Below, piece by piece: positions 49,184 to 58,473 of a DNA stretch of 64,000 nt. Both the position numbers and the translations under genes were made by a program. This stretch comes from Patescibacteria group bacterium (GTDB taxonomy: Bacteria; Patescibacteriota; Patescibacteriia; SG8-24): NCBI GenBank assembly GCA_041667185.1, contig JBAYFM010000005.1:9285-73284 (forward strand). Reading direction: 5' to 3'. Each line of letters opens with the position of its first letter. The stretch's first letter is position 1. The notes under the pieces were generated by a model. That model did no database searches, had not been told where the DNA came from, and saw only the letters and a program-made list of their open reading frames with translations.

Positions 49184-49639
49184 TCAGTTCAGGAGTTTGG
49201 AAGGGATGATGCTGGGAACGACACGAACGCCTGCCGTCGTTCGGGGCGCGGTCTTTGAGTCGGCTGGACGCGCTTCAGCACGTCCGTCGTGCTGCCGCTT
49301 GGCCGCCGCGAGCGACTCTCTCCGGGCCCGCATCTGATCCGTGACCTGCTTGCAAGCCTCGGCCAATTTTTTCAACTTAGCAGTGGACTCCGCCTGCGCC
49401 AGCCGGGCCTTCTCCATGACCTCGGCGGTCTTGCGCAACTGATCAACAGTATTGTTCAGCGATTCAGCGACCTGCTCGAAAGGATTTTTCCAACCCAAGG
49501 CTTTAGCCTCCTTCTCCCAATGTTCGGACCGTTCCTGGGCGGACTTCAGCTGATCCCGAAGTTCCAGGCGGTCCTGATACGATATGAGCGCGATGAATGC
49601 GGCGGCGACGAACAGACACCAAGCAATGATCGCGAACAT
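49184..49639 (-). CDS. Membrane-anchored coiled-coil hypothetical protein
   Basis: SD AGGAGAGG; N-terminal TM followed by a coiled coil. Confidence 0.7.
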   Translation of the reverse strand: MFAIIAWCLFVAAAFIALISYQDRLELRDQLKSAQERSEHWEKEAKALGWKNPFEQVAESLNNTVDQLRKTAEVMEKARLAQAESTAKLKKLAEACKQVTDQMRARRESLAAAKRQHDGRAEARPADSKTAPRTTAGVRVVPSIIPSKLLN

Positions 49640-49720
49640 GATCCTCTCCTTGCCTGATCAAAAGAGCGAGGGAATCCTACCCCTCGCCCCGCCGTTTGGC
49701 AACACCGAACAACAAACCGC

Positions 49721-52096
49721 TCAAGCCGCTTTCTGGCCCGTATCGCGGTAAGCCTCGTCCATCCGGCCGCGCGTCGAGATCAGCAGTTCCCGCTCCCGGT
49801 TGGCCTGCTCCAGACGCGCCGCCAAATTGATGATCTTGGCGTCTTTGGCGCTCGATTCCTGTCTGACCGACCCGAGTTCCTGCTCCAGATCGCGGATCTT
49901 GGCGTGGACCTCGATCATCCGGTCGACCAGTTCGCGCTTGTTGTCCCAGACGTTATGCGCCGTTTCCGCCTGCCGGTCGACGTAGGCGCGGATCTCAGAT
50001 TCGAGATCCTCGAAACTCCGGCCGCTCTCCACCCAGGCGTCCAACTTGTCCTTGCCGCCCTGTTCGGCGAAGATCGCTTTCTTGGAAAAATCCGTCCGGG
50101 CATCGACCTGGCTCTTGAAAAGAGCATCGGCCTGATAAGCCGGATCGCGCCGCTCGCCGATCAGCAGCTTGAACCGCGAGACCGCTTTCTCCTGTTCGAT
50201 GTCCATGTCGGCGATCTTGGTCATGAGATCGGCTTTGACGTTCCACAAGCGTTCCGGATCATCCTCGAGCTCGGCCTTATCCAACCGGCCGGCGGTCGCC
50301 AGATCCTCGAAAACCTGTTCCATGAACGCCGTGTCGCAGCTGCCGGTATTGAAGTTGAGTTTGGTCGGGGCGTACTCGGGCTGGGAACGCGGCCCGCGCG
50401 GCACCCGTCCCTTGGCATCGCGCAGCTCGGCGATCTTCTTCATGACCTTGGCGACCTCATCCATGCCCCCGTCGATCTGCAGGGTGTATTCGTCGCCGCC
50501 ATACCGGAACGCGCGCCCTTCGACGCCGGCCTCCTCGATCGCCTGCTCCATGATCTGCGCGGCCAGCCGCGTGGCGGCGTCGCCGATCTCCGTGCCGCCT
50601 TTCTGATCGAAATACTTGAGGAAGGCCATGTCCACGAAAACGACCGAGACGTCCTTGCCCTCCTTGAGCGCCTGGCCCAAATTTTCATAATGCACGCCGC
50701 GATCCTGGAGCCCGGTGCTCGCGTCGCTCTTGGTCCGTTCGACTTCGTATTCCAACCGGAGCAATTCCGCTTCTTTGCCTTCGCCGGCGGCGTCAGCCGA
50801 CTCCTTGAGTTCGGCCAACCGGCGCAGACCTTTCAGGTCGCCGCCCTCCGGGATCTTCGCGATGCGCTGCTTCTCGCCGGTCTCGTCTTCGCCGGCCTCC
50901 TCGAATTTCGGCCGGCCATCGGCGCGGGCCTTCAACCGGCGCTGGATGATCTCCTGCTCGACTTTGTTCACCCGCCGCGCTTCGAAGATCCGGATGTTGG
51001 CGGCTTCTTCGGCCAGATCCCTAGTCCGCTCCGGGGATAATTTCAGAATGCTCTCGACCGTCACAGCGCCGGCGGGATCCTCCTTCAGGCCCTCGACGTT
51101 GCTGAGGCCTTTTTTCAGATAATTCTCGAAGATCTTGGCGGCGTGCTCGACGCCCTGTTCCGCCGCGGCCGTCTGGAGACGCTGAATGCGGCCGGCAAAC
51201 TTGGCCTTTTCCAGGGAATGGTTCGCCATGTTCTTCACGAGATCCACCAGCTCGCGCGCCGCGTCCTCGCCGGCATCGAGGCGTTCGGATCCGGCGGCCA
51301 GCTGCGATTCGTTGAGCAGCCCGACCGCGTCCTTGAAATTCAGCCCGACCGCGGCGACCGGAGCCGCTTCGGCGACGCCCTCCACCCGCGGCTTGGCGGC
51401 GTTGACCTCGGCCATGATCTCCTGGAAATCCTGCTCGTCGATGTCGCTGAAATCGACCATGAACTCGTTGGCGTCGTAGCGCAGGAGCGTGTAATCGGCC
51501 TGGTGATCCGGCTTGTCGCGCAAACGGTCCCGCACGATCCTCTCGATCGTCCGCGCGGTCTCGGTGAGCGCCGCGTCGCCGGCCGCGTGGCCGCCGCCTT
51601 CCTTATTGAACCGGTCGAGCTCGCCCATGTTGACGACCAGCAACCGGCGCCGCTCCTGGCTCGCGTCCAGCGCGAACTCGCCGTTCTCGCGCTGTTCGAT
51701 CGCGGCCCGTTCCTGGCCTTCCGCGCGCTTGAACAGATCCTGCGTCTCGCGGCCGAATCGCTTGAACTTGAAAGCGCCCGAAGCGTCGCGCTCGGCGTTG
51801 AACAGTTCCAGTTTTTTCTCGCTGATCGAGGCGGCAAGCGCGGCGTCCGCGAGCTCCAGGCGCTTTTCTTCGAGCGCTTCCGCGAGCCCGGCTTCGGCGC
51901 CGTGGCCGACCTGCGACTGATCGATCCGGGACAACTCGTCGGTCAGGGACCGCTTCTTGTCCTGCGAGCCGGCCAGGCCGGCTTCCAGCTTCAACTTCTC
52001 CTGGTAGCCGGTCAGGCCGCCGAACTTGGCAATCTCCGACTCCTCTTCGGCCGAAAGGGCCTCGCGCTTATTTTCCAGCTTGGGATCTGGCGACAT
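49721..52096 (-). CDS. Tandem GGDEF-like domain protein (putative diguanylate cyclase)
   Basis: Domain 1 has GHAAGDAAL...RYDANEF. Domain 2 has DASTGL..., VFVD, GDAAT and RYGGDEY. Coiled-coil termini. Confidence 0.8.
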   Translation of the reverse strand: MSPDPKLENKREALSAEEESEIAKFGGLTGYQEKLKLEAGLAGSQDKKRSLTDELSRIDQSQVGHGAEAGLAEALEEKRLELADAALAASISEKKLELFNAERDASGAFKFKRFGRETQDLFKRAEGQERAAIEQRENGEFALDASQERRRLLVVNMGELDRFNKEGGGHAAGDAALTETARTIERIVRDRLRDKPDHQADYTLLRYDANEFMVDFSDIDEQDFQEIMAEVNAAKPRVEGVAEAAPVAAVGLNFKDAVGLLNESQLAAGSERLDAGEDAARELVDLVKNMANHSLEKAKFAGRIQRLQTAAAEQGVEHAAKIFENYLKKGLSNVEGLKEDPAGAVTVESILKLSPERTRDLAEEAANIRIFEARRVNKVEQEIIQRRLKARADGRPKFEEAGEDETGEKQRIAKIPEGGDLKGLRRLAELKESADAAGEGKEAELLRLEYEVERTKSDASTGLQDRGVHYENLGQALKEGKDVSVVFVDMAFLKYFDQKGGTEIGDAATRLAAQIMEQAIEEAGVEGRAFRYGGDEYTLQIDGGMDEVAKVMKKIAELRDAKGRVPRGPRSQPEYAPTKLNFNTGSCDTAFMEQVFEDLATAGRLDKAELEDDPERLWNVKADLMTKIADMDIEQEKAVSRFKLLIGERRDPAYQADALFKSQVDARTDFSKKAIFAEQGGKDKLDAWVESGRSFEDLESEIRAYVDRQAETAHNVWDNKRELVDRMIEVHAKIRDLEQELGSVRQESSAKDAKIINLAARLEQANRERELLISTRGRMDEAYRDTGQKAA

Positions 52097-52197
52097 ATGC
52101 CTTAATTATCGGTTAAAAACGGCTTCGTGTCAAAGCGGTGCGGCGCTGAAAAATCCCCCGGCTGGCGCCCGATGGGCAGATAAAAAAAGCGACCATC

Positions 52198-52488
52198 TCA
52201 GAGAGGGTCGCTCAGCATCTGCTTGAGTCTGGCGAGAACCATTTTGCGCCGGCCGCCTAGTATCGGCCGAAGCCTTTCGACCAGCTGGCTGACCTCGTCA
52301 TCGGAAAGATGATCGATGTCGGCGTGGCTGAGCGGTTCTTGGCGCGGCAGGATCTCGCGCACGAGTCGAAGCGAATCGTCGAAATTGCTCGAGTGATCCG
52401 GATGATAGAGCATCCGGAGGAGTTCCTGACGCGCTGTCAGCTCCGGAACCTGATCGGTCGTTGATCGCGGATGTCGAGAAGCGCACAT
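52198..52488 (-). CDS. Small hypothetical protein
   Basis: 96-aa ORF (GTG start) with an upstream TTGACA-17-TAGCTT promoter (52567-52595) and an AAGG SD. Confidence 0.5.
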   Translation of the reverse strand: MCASRHPRSTTDQVPELTARQELLRMLYHPDHSSNFDDSLRLVREILPRQEPLSHADIDHLSDDEVSQLVERLRPILGGRRKMVLARLKQMLSDPL

Positions 52489-52603
52489 GGTCTGCCGCCT
52501 TTCTGGGCTTCGTGGCCTGAGATTGCGTAAGGTCCGACTCCGGCGAGGATCGCCAGAGAACCAAAAAAGCTAGCAAAAAATTTCAGTGTTGTCAAGGGGG
52601 GTG

Positions 52604-52826
52604 AGGATGCAGAAGTGCTGGAGTGCGGGAGTTCGGAAGTGCGGGAGTACAGGAGTTTTTGTCGGGTCTCCCCGACTCCAGAACTTCAGTACTCCAGGAC
52701 AGGTGCCTGACACCGAAGGACTCAGGAGTGCGGGAGTTCGGAAGTGCTGAAGTGCTGGAGTTCGTGTCTGGTCTAACTGACTCCAGCTCTCCAGCACTCC
52801 AGAACTTCAGAACTTCAGATTCCCGT
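52604..52826. repeat. Octamer-built fold-back repeat, copy 6
   Basis: GAAGTGCT/GGAGTGCG/GGAGTTCG units, core GGAGTTTTTGTCGGGTCTCCC, end TTCCCGTTCA. Confidence 0.88.
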
Positions 52827-52886
52827 TCATAAAGAAAAGCGCCGGGCCGCGAGTGTGCGGTCCGACGCTGAAGTGTAACGAGAACG

Positions 52887-53573
52887 TCAGATTTCCGAAC
52901 TGGTTTGATCTTGCTTGTCTTTGGCTATGAGCCAGCGGCCAAGATGCCGCCAGATGTCGAGGCGTGTCAACAACATGACCAATCCGTAGACCAGACCGAA
53001 GCCCAAACCAAGGACCAGGACGTAGACCAGACTGTAAACCAGACCATAGACTAGACCTAAGCCCAAACCGAGGACTAGGCCGGGGACCAGACCGAAGCCC
53101 AAACCAAGGACTAGGCCGGGGACCAGGACGTAGACCAGGCCATAGACCAGACCATAGACCAGACTGTAGACCAAGCCGTAGACCAGACCGAGGACCAATC
53201 CGTAGACCAGACCGAAGCCCAAACCAAGGACTAGGCCGGGGACCAGGACGTAGACCAGGCCGTAGACCAGGCCAGGGACCAGACCGATGATCAGACCAAC
53301 GATCAAGGCACTTTGAAGATCATCCTCAATGCTTGATCGAATGGTTACAACCAGCACGATGAGAGCGGCCAAGATAGCTGCCGCTGGCACGTCCCACCAG
53401 CGGGAGACAGCGAAAGGCAACTCTAGCGTCCAGTTTTCTGCTATTGGAATGATGGCTGTCGAGGGCACCGAACCGGTGCACAGGTACCAGACCGTCCAGA
53501 AAGCGGCAGTCAGACTCGCGGCCCGAAGGGCCCATTTGAAGAAAATCCGAGCCAGTTTTCTCTTTGGAATCAT
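52887..53573 (-). CDS. Membrane protein with GLVY/GLVP/GLGF tetrapeptide repeats
   Basis: SD AAGGAG before MIPKRK; about 25 tandem 12-nt units in 52980-53300. Confidence 0.75.
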   Translation of the reverse strand: MIPKRKLARIFFKWALRAASLTAAFWTVWYLCTGSVPSTAIIPIAENWTLELPFAVSRWWDVPAAAILAALIVLVVTIRSSIEDDLQSALIVGLIIGLVPGLVYGLVYVLVPGLVLGLGFGLVYGLVLGLVYGLVYSLVYGLVYGLVYVLVPGLVLGLGFGLVPGLVLGLGLGLVYGLVYSLVYVLVLGLGFGLVYGLVMLLTRLDIWRHLGRWLIAKDKQDQTSSEI

Positions 53574-53667
53574 TTGACGCTCCTTTGTCGTTTGTGAAGG
53601 TTCAAGATCCGCACGCAAGATGCGGGCCACCATTTATTATCATTACAATGCTGTTTGGTCAATTATC

Positions 53668-53796
53668 GGAGTACGGGAGTGCTGAAGTACTGGAGGACTG
53701 AAGTGCTGAAGTGCTGGAGTGCTGGAGTCGGGGAGACCAGACAAAAACTCCTGTACTCCCTCACTCCAGTACTCCCCCACTCCCGCACTCTCCCGT
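53668..53796. repeat. Octamer-built fold-back repeat, copy 7
   Basis: GAAGTGCT units, reverse core GGGAGACCAGACAAAAACTCC, end CTCTCCCGTTC. Confidence 0.88.
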
Positions 53797-54891
53797 TCAT
53801 AAAAAAGCGCCAGACCGCCGACGCAGAAGTTTCAGGATGAGATCGGCCAGCTTGGCGGCCGCGGCGGGATCATTCAGCCGAGCCAGGCTCTGGCCGATGG
53901 AGGCCAGCCGCTCCCGGCTGCGCAAAAGCATCAGGATCTGGGCGGCGAAACCATCCGGACCGACCTGGCGTTCATCAACGACCGGCACACCGGCCTCGCG
54001 CCCGTAAAAAGCCGCGTTGTCTTCCTGATGCGAAGCCGGCATCGGCACGATGATCGTCGGTTTGCCGAGCGCGGCCAGCTCCGTGAGCGCGCCCATGCCG
54101 GCGCGCGTGACCACGAGATCAGCGACCGCGTAAGCATGCCGGATCTCGCCCGTGAGGAACTCGATCTCATGGTAGCGGTCCGCAGCCACTTCGCCGGTCG
54201 CTTTGCCCTTGCCGGTCAGATGAATGATCTGGCAGGCCGGCGTCAGGGCCGGAACGGCCGCGCGGACCAGGCTGTTGAGTCCGGTCGCTCCGGTGCCGCC
54301 GCCGAGGATCAGCACCGTCGGCACGCCGGCAACGAGGCCGAACAAGCGCCGCGCTTCCTCAGCCGACCCGGTGAACAGCTCCGGCCGCACGGGATTGCCG
54401 GTCCAGACCGGATGCTGGCGCGGAAAATCAGCCAGGGACTTCTGCAGAGCCACGGAGACCGAAGCGGCGAACGGCGCGGACAAGCGGTTGGCGAGGCCGG
54501 GGCCGATATCCATCTGATGGATGTGAACCGGGATCCGGCGCAACGCCGCGGCCCAGACGACCGGCACGGCGACGAAGCCGCCGGCGCTCACGACGACGCC
54601 AGCCCGCAACCGGCCCAGCAGGATCCAGGCTTCGCCGAAGCCGCGCAGGATGCGGAACAGATCAAGGAAATTCTCCCCGGACAGGTAGCGGCGGAATTTT
54701 CCGGAACTCACGGCCTGAAATTCCATGCCGGCTTCGCGGACCAGCCGGGACTCAGGACCCGACCCGGTCCCGATCCAGACGAGATCGGTCCGGGGATCGG
54801 CGCGGCGGATGACCGCGGCGACCGCCAGGAGCGGCGTCACCGAACCCAGGGTCCCGCCGCCGGTGAAAATTATCTTCTTGCGATCATTCAT
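53797..54891 (-). CDS. murG: Undecaprenyl-PP-MurNAc-pentapeptide GlcNAc transferase
   Basis: TGGGTLGSVTP, GGFVAVP, TGNPVR, GGGTGA, TRAG and HQEDNA. Confidence 0.95.
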   Translation of the reverse strand: MNDRKKIIFTGGGTLGSVTPLLAVAAVIRRADPRTDLVWIGTGSGPESRLVREAGMEFQAVSSGKFRRYLSGENFLDLFRILRGFGEAWILLGRLRAGVVVSAGGFVAVPVVWAAALRRIPVHIHQMDIGPGLANRLSAPFAASVSVALQKSLADFPRQHPVWTGNPVRPELFTGSAEEARRLFGLVAGVPTVLILGGGTGATGLNSLVRAAVPALTPACQIIHLTGKGKATGEVAADRYHEIEFLTGEIRHAYAVADLVVTRAGMGALTELAALGKPTIIVPMPASHQEDNAAFYGREAGVPVVDERQVGPDGFAAQILMLLRSRERLASIGQSLARLNDPAAAAKLADLILKLLRRRSGAFL

Positions 54892-54900
54892 AAGAAGAGC

Positions 54901-56019
54901 TCAGAACCAGCGACGCGCGTGGTCGCCGCCGTGAGCGGCGATATTGGCCAAGAGACCGACGGCGCCCAGCAGGATCATGAGCGCAGTGCCGCCATAGCTC
55001 ACGAACGGCAACGGCAGGCCGGTCACCGGGAACAAGCCGAGCATCGAACCGATGTTGAACAGGCTCTGGAAAAAGATCCAGGCCACGATGCCGACCGCGA
55101 GCAGCCGTCCGAAATCATCGGGCGCTCTCCGAGCTGCGCGCAGACCGCGCCAGATGAAAGACATGAGCAAGATCAGGAATCCGATGACCAGAACGAACCC
55201 CAATTCCTCGGCCATGACGGCGAAGATCGAGTCGCCGATGACCTCCGGCAGATAGAGATATTTTTGCCGCGAATGCCCCAAGCCCAGGCCCAACAGGCCG
55301 CCGGAACCGATCGCCAGATAAGCCTGATTGATGTGATAACCGATGCCCAGCGGATCGAGCTCCGGATGCAGGAAAGTGGTCAGGCGCTGAGCCCGATATG
55401 GCACCGCTTTCACCAGCGCGAAAAAAGCGACAGCCGCGGCGGCGAGCAAGCCGAAAAGATGCGACCAGGAGGCGCCGGCGGCGAAGAACAGCGCGGCGGC
55501 GGCGACCACGATGATGATCAGGCTGCCGAGATCCGGCTGCAGGAGCACAGGCGCGGCCACGAGTCCGAGGGTGATGAGGAACGGCAGCGTCCCCTGCTGC
55601 CAGTCGCGGGCGCCGGCCTCGCCGACCCGTTCGAACCAGGCGGCCAAAAAGACCAGCAGAGCGAGTTTAGCCGCTTCCGCCGGCTGGAAGGACAGCCCGG
55701 CGACATTGATCCAGCTGCGCGCCGAACTCCAGTCGGCTGACAGGCCGGGGAGGAACACCAGGAGCAGCAGGATCAGGCCGAGGATGAAGAACTGCAGGGA
55801 GAAACGGCGCCAGAACCGATAATCCACGTTCGAGGTCACTAAAAAAAGCGCGAGCCCAGGCAGCAGTCCGTAAAGCACCTGGTGCCGGAGATACCAGTAG
55901 CCGTCCTGAAATTTCTGATAAGCGATGGGGCCGGAAGCGGAGGTGAGGACCACGAGCCCGAAGAGCACCAAACCGGCCGCCAGCGCCAAGAATACGAGAT
56001 CGGGCTTGTTCTTGGTCAT
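54901..56019 (-). CDS. ftsW: Peptidoglycan glycosyltransferase FtsW
   Basis: SFQPAEAAK, QPDLGS, GLGLGHSRQK, LPE..GDSIFA and TGLPLPFVSYGG; lies next to murG. Confidence 0.92.
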   Translation of the reverse strand: MTKNKPDLVFLALAAGLVLFGLVVLTSASGPIAYQKFQDGYWYLRHQVLYGLLPGLALFLVTSNVDYRFWRRFSLQFFILGLILLLLVFLPGLSADWSSARSWINVAGLSFQPAEAAKLALLVFLAAWFERVGEAGARDWQQGTLPFLITLGLVAAPVLLQPDLGSLIIIVVAAAALFFAAGASWSHLFGLLAAAAVAFFALVKAVPYRAQRLTTFLHPELDPLGIGYHINQAYLAIGSGGLLGLGLGHSRQKYLYLPEVIGDSIFAVMAEELGFVLVIGFLILLMSFIWRGLRAARRAPDDFGRLLAVGIVAWIFFQSLFNIGSMLGLFPVTGLPLPFVSYGGTALMILLGAVGLLANIAAHGGDHARRWF

Positions 56020-56022
56020 AGC

Positions 56023-58467
56023 TTACTGCCGTCGGCTGTTCCGGCGCGAGCGGCGCACCTCGGCCTGGCTGGGACGCCGCGCGGGCGCGACCGCTGGCCG
56101 CTCCAGCGCCGCTTTGAGCACTTCTGACATGTCCGCCGCGAAAACGAAACGGATCTCTTTCCGGACCGCCGCCGGCACATCAACCAGATCTTTCTTGTTG
56201 GCCGCCGGCAGGATCACGGTGCGGATGCCGTAACGATGCGCCGCCAGGACCTTTTCCTTGACGCCGCCGATCTCGAGGACGCGTCCGTGAAGCGTGACTT
56301 CGCCGGTCATCGCGAGACCGGAGCGCACCGGCGCGCCGGTCAGCATCGAGACCAGCGCTGTCGCCATGGCCGCGCCGGCCGAGGGACCATCCTTGGGTAC
56401 GGCGCCGGCGGGCACGTGAATGTGGACATCGGCTTCCTTATCGAACCCGGCCTTGGCTCCCAGGCTAGTGGCCGCCGAGCGCGCGAATGAGAAAGCCGTT
56501 TGGGCGGATTCCTGCATGACCTGTCCCAGATGTCCGGTGAGCGTCAGTTTGCCCTGGCCAGGCACGCGCACAGCCTCGATCTGCAGGACGTCGCCGCCGG
56601 CTTCGGTCCAGGCGAGCCCGGTCACGATCCCCGGACGGCCGGCGGTGCCGTCGGTGGCCGTCGGCGAGAATTTTTCCGGACCGAGCAATTTCGCCAGTTC
56701 AGCGGCTTCGATGATCCGGCCTTTTTTATTGGCCGCCGCGCGACCGCGCTCGGCCAGGCCGCGCGCGATCTTCCGGCAGACCGCGGCGATGGCGCGTTCG
56801 AGCGCGCGCACGCCGGCCTCGCGCGTGTAGCCGCTGATCATCCGGCGCAGCGCTGCGTCGGCGAACCGGCAATCCCTGGCCGCGAGGCCGTTATCCTTGA
56901 GCGTCTTGGGCACGAGATGATCCTTGGCGATCCGCAATTTCTCTTCTTCGGTGTAACCGGGGAACTCGATCACCTCCAGCCGGTCGCGCAGCGCCGGCGG
57001 CACGGTGTCGAGGATGTTGGCCGTGGTGATGAAGAAAGTTTCGGAGAGATCGAACGGGACCTCGAGATAGTGATCGGAAAAAGCGTTGTTCTGTTCGGGA
57101 TCGAGCGCTTCGAGCAGAGCCGCCGAAGGATCGCCGCGGAAATCCGCGCCGATCTTGTCGATCTCGTCGAGCATGAACACCGGATTCCTGGTCTTGGCCG
57201 TGTTGATGCCCTGGATGATGCGGCCGGGCAGCGCGCCGACGTAGGTGCGGCGATGGCCGCGGATCTCCGCTTCGTCGCGGACGCCGCCGAGGCTCAGGCG
57301 CTGGAACTTGCGGCCGAGCGCGCGGGCGATCGACTTGCCGACCGAGGTCTTGCCGGTGCCGGGCGGCCCGGCGAAACACAGGATCGGCCCACGGATCTTG
57401 CCGACCAGTTTCTGCACGGCCAGATATTCGAGGATGCGCTCCTTGACCTTGGCGAGGCCGTAATGATCCTCGTCGAGGATGCGCGCGGCCGCGGCGATGT
57501 CGACCTCGGCCTCGTCGCGCCGGTGCCAGGGCAGGTCGCAGAGCCACTCCAGATAGGTGCGCAGATACGACAACTCTGGACTGAACGACGGCAGCGCGCG
57601 CAAGCGTTCATATTCTTTCAACGCCTTTTCGAGCACCACCGGCGGCAGCCCGGCTTTCTCGATCCGCTCTTTCAGATCCTCGGATTCCGGCCGGTGTCCC
57701 AGATCCTCGAGTTCGTGCTCAATGGTCTTCAGCTGCTCGCGCAAAAAAACCTCGCGCTGCATCTTGTCGAGTTCCTGGCCGGCGTCGGTCTGGATCTTGG
57801 ACGCGATCTGCAGCATCTTGAGCTGCCGCGTGAGCGCGCGAGCCGTCAGATTGAGCTTATTTTCGATGCTGTCAGCTTCGAGCACGGCCTGTTTTTCTCC
57901 GACGCGAAGATCCAGATTGGCGGCGATGAGATCGCCGAGCATCCAGGGATCGGAGACGTTCATGATCACGAGCAGCGTGTCGAAAGGCACGTTCGCGCCC
58001 AGACTCACGGCCTGGCGCACCTGGGAAAGCAGGCTGTACATCAGAGCCTCGACCTGTTCGGTCTTCTTGCCCGACGGCCCCGGCAGCAGGCTGACCTCAG
58101 CCTCGAGATACGCCGCGTTGTCGGTGAACGGACCGATCCTGACGCGCGCGATGCCGTCGACCATGAGCCGCTGGCTGCCGTCGGGCTGCGCCGCCGCCTC
58201 GCGCACTTTCACGAGCGTGCCGACGGCGTAGATATCCTTCGGACCGGCGTCCTCAGCCTCGGAGTCCTTCTGCGCCGCGACCACGAGCAAGCGGCCGCGG
58301 CGAGTCGCCTCGGCCAAGGCCTTGAGCGAACGCGCGCGGCGGACGATGATCGGCAAAGAGACCCGCGGAAAAACGACCGTATCCCTGAGCGCGATGATCG
58401 GCAGCCGCCGGCGCTCCTGGCCCGCGAGCATTTCCTGTTCGCCGCGCTCTTCCGGTTTCAGCGCCAT
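56023..58467 (-). CDS. lon: ATP-dependent protease La
   Basis: LON N-domain, DHYGL..VKERI, GPPGTGKTS, RGHRRTYVGA and PKDGPSAG. Confidence 0.96.
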   Translation of the reverse strand: MALKPEERGEQEMLAGQERRRLPIIALRDTVVFPRVSLPIIVRRARSLKALAEATRRGRLLVVAAQKDSEAEDAGPKDIYAVGTLVKVREAAAQPDGSQRLMVDGIARVRIGPFTDNAAYLEAEVSLLPGPSGKKTEQVEALMYSLLSQVRQAVSLGANVPFDTLLVIMNVSDPWMLGDLIAANLDLRVGEKQAVLEADSIENKLNLTARALTRQLKMLQIASKIQTDAGQELDKMQREVFLREQLKTIEHELEDLGHRPESEDLKERIEKAGLPPVVLEKALKEYERLRALPSFSPELSYLRTYLEWLCDLPWHRRDEAEVDIAAAARILDEDHYGLAKVKERILEYLAVQKLVGKIRGPILCFAGPPGTGKTSVGKSIARALGRKFQRLSLGGVRDEAEIRGHRRTYVGALPGRIIQGINTAKTRNPVFMLDEIDKIGADFRGDPSAALLEALDPEQNNAFSDHYLEVPFDLSETFFITTANILDTVPPALRDRLEVIEFPGYTEEEKLRIAKDHLVPKTLKDNGLAARDCRFADAALRRMISGYTREAGVRALERAIAAVCRKIARGLAERGRAAANKKGRIIEAAELAKLLGPEKFSPTATDGTAGRPGIVTGLAWTEAGGDVLQIEAVRVPGQGKLTLTGHLGQVMQESAQTAFSFARSAATSLGAKAGFDKEADVHIHVPAGAVPKDGPSAGAAMATALVSMLTGAPVRSGLAMTGEVTLHGRVLEIGGVKEKVLAAHRYGIRTVILPAANKKDLVDVPAAVRKEIRFVFAADMSEVLKAALERPAVAPARRPSQAEVRRSRRNSRRQ

Positions 58468-58473
58468 AGCAGG

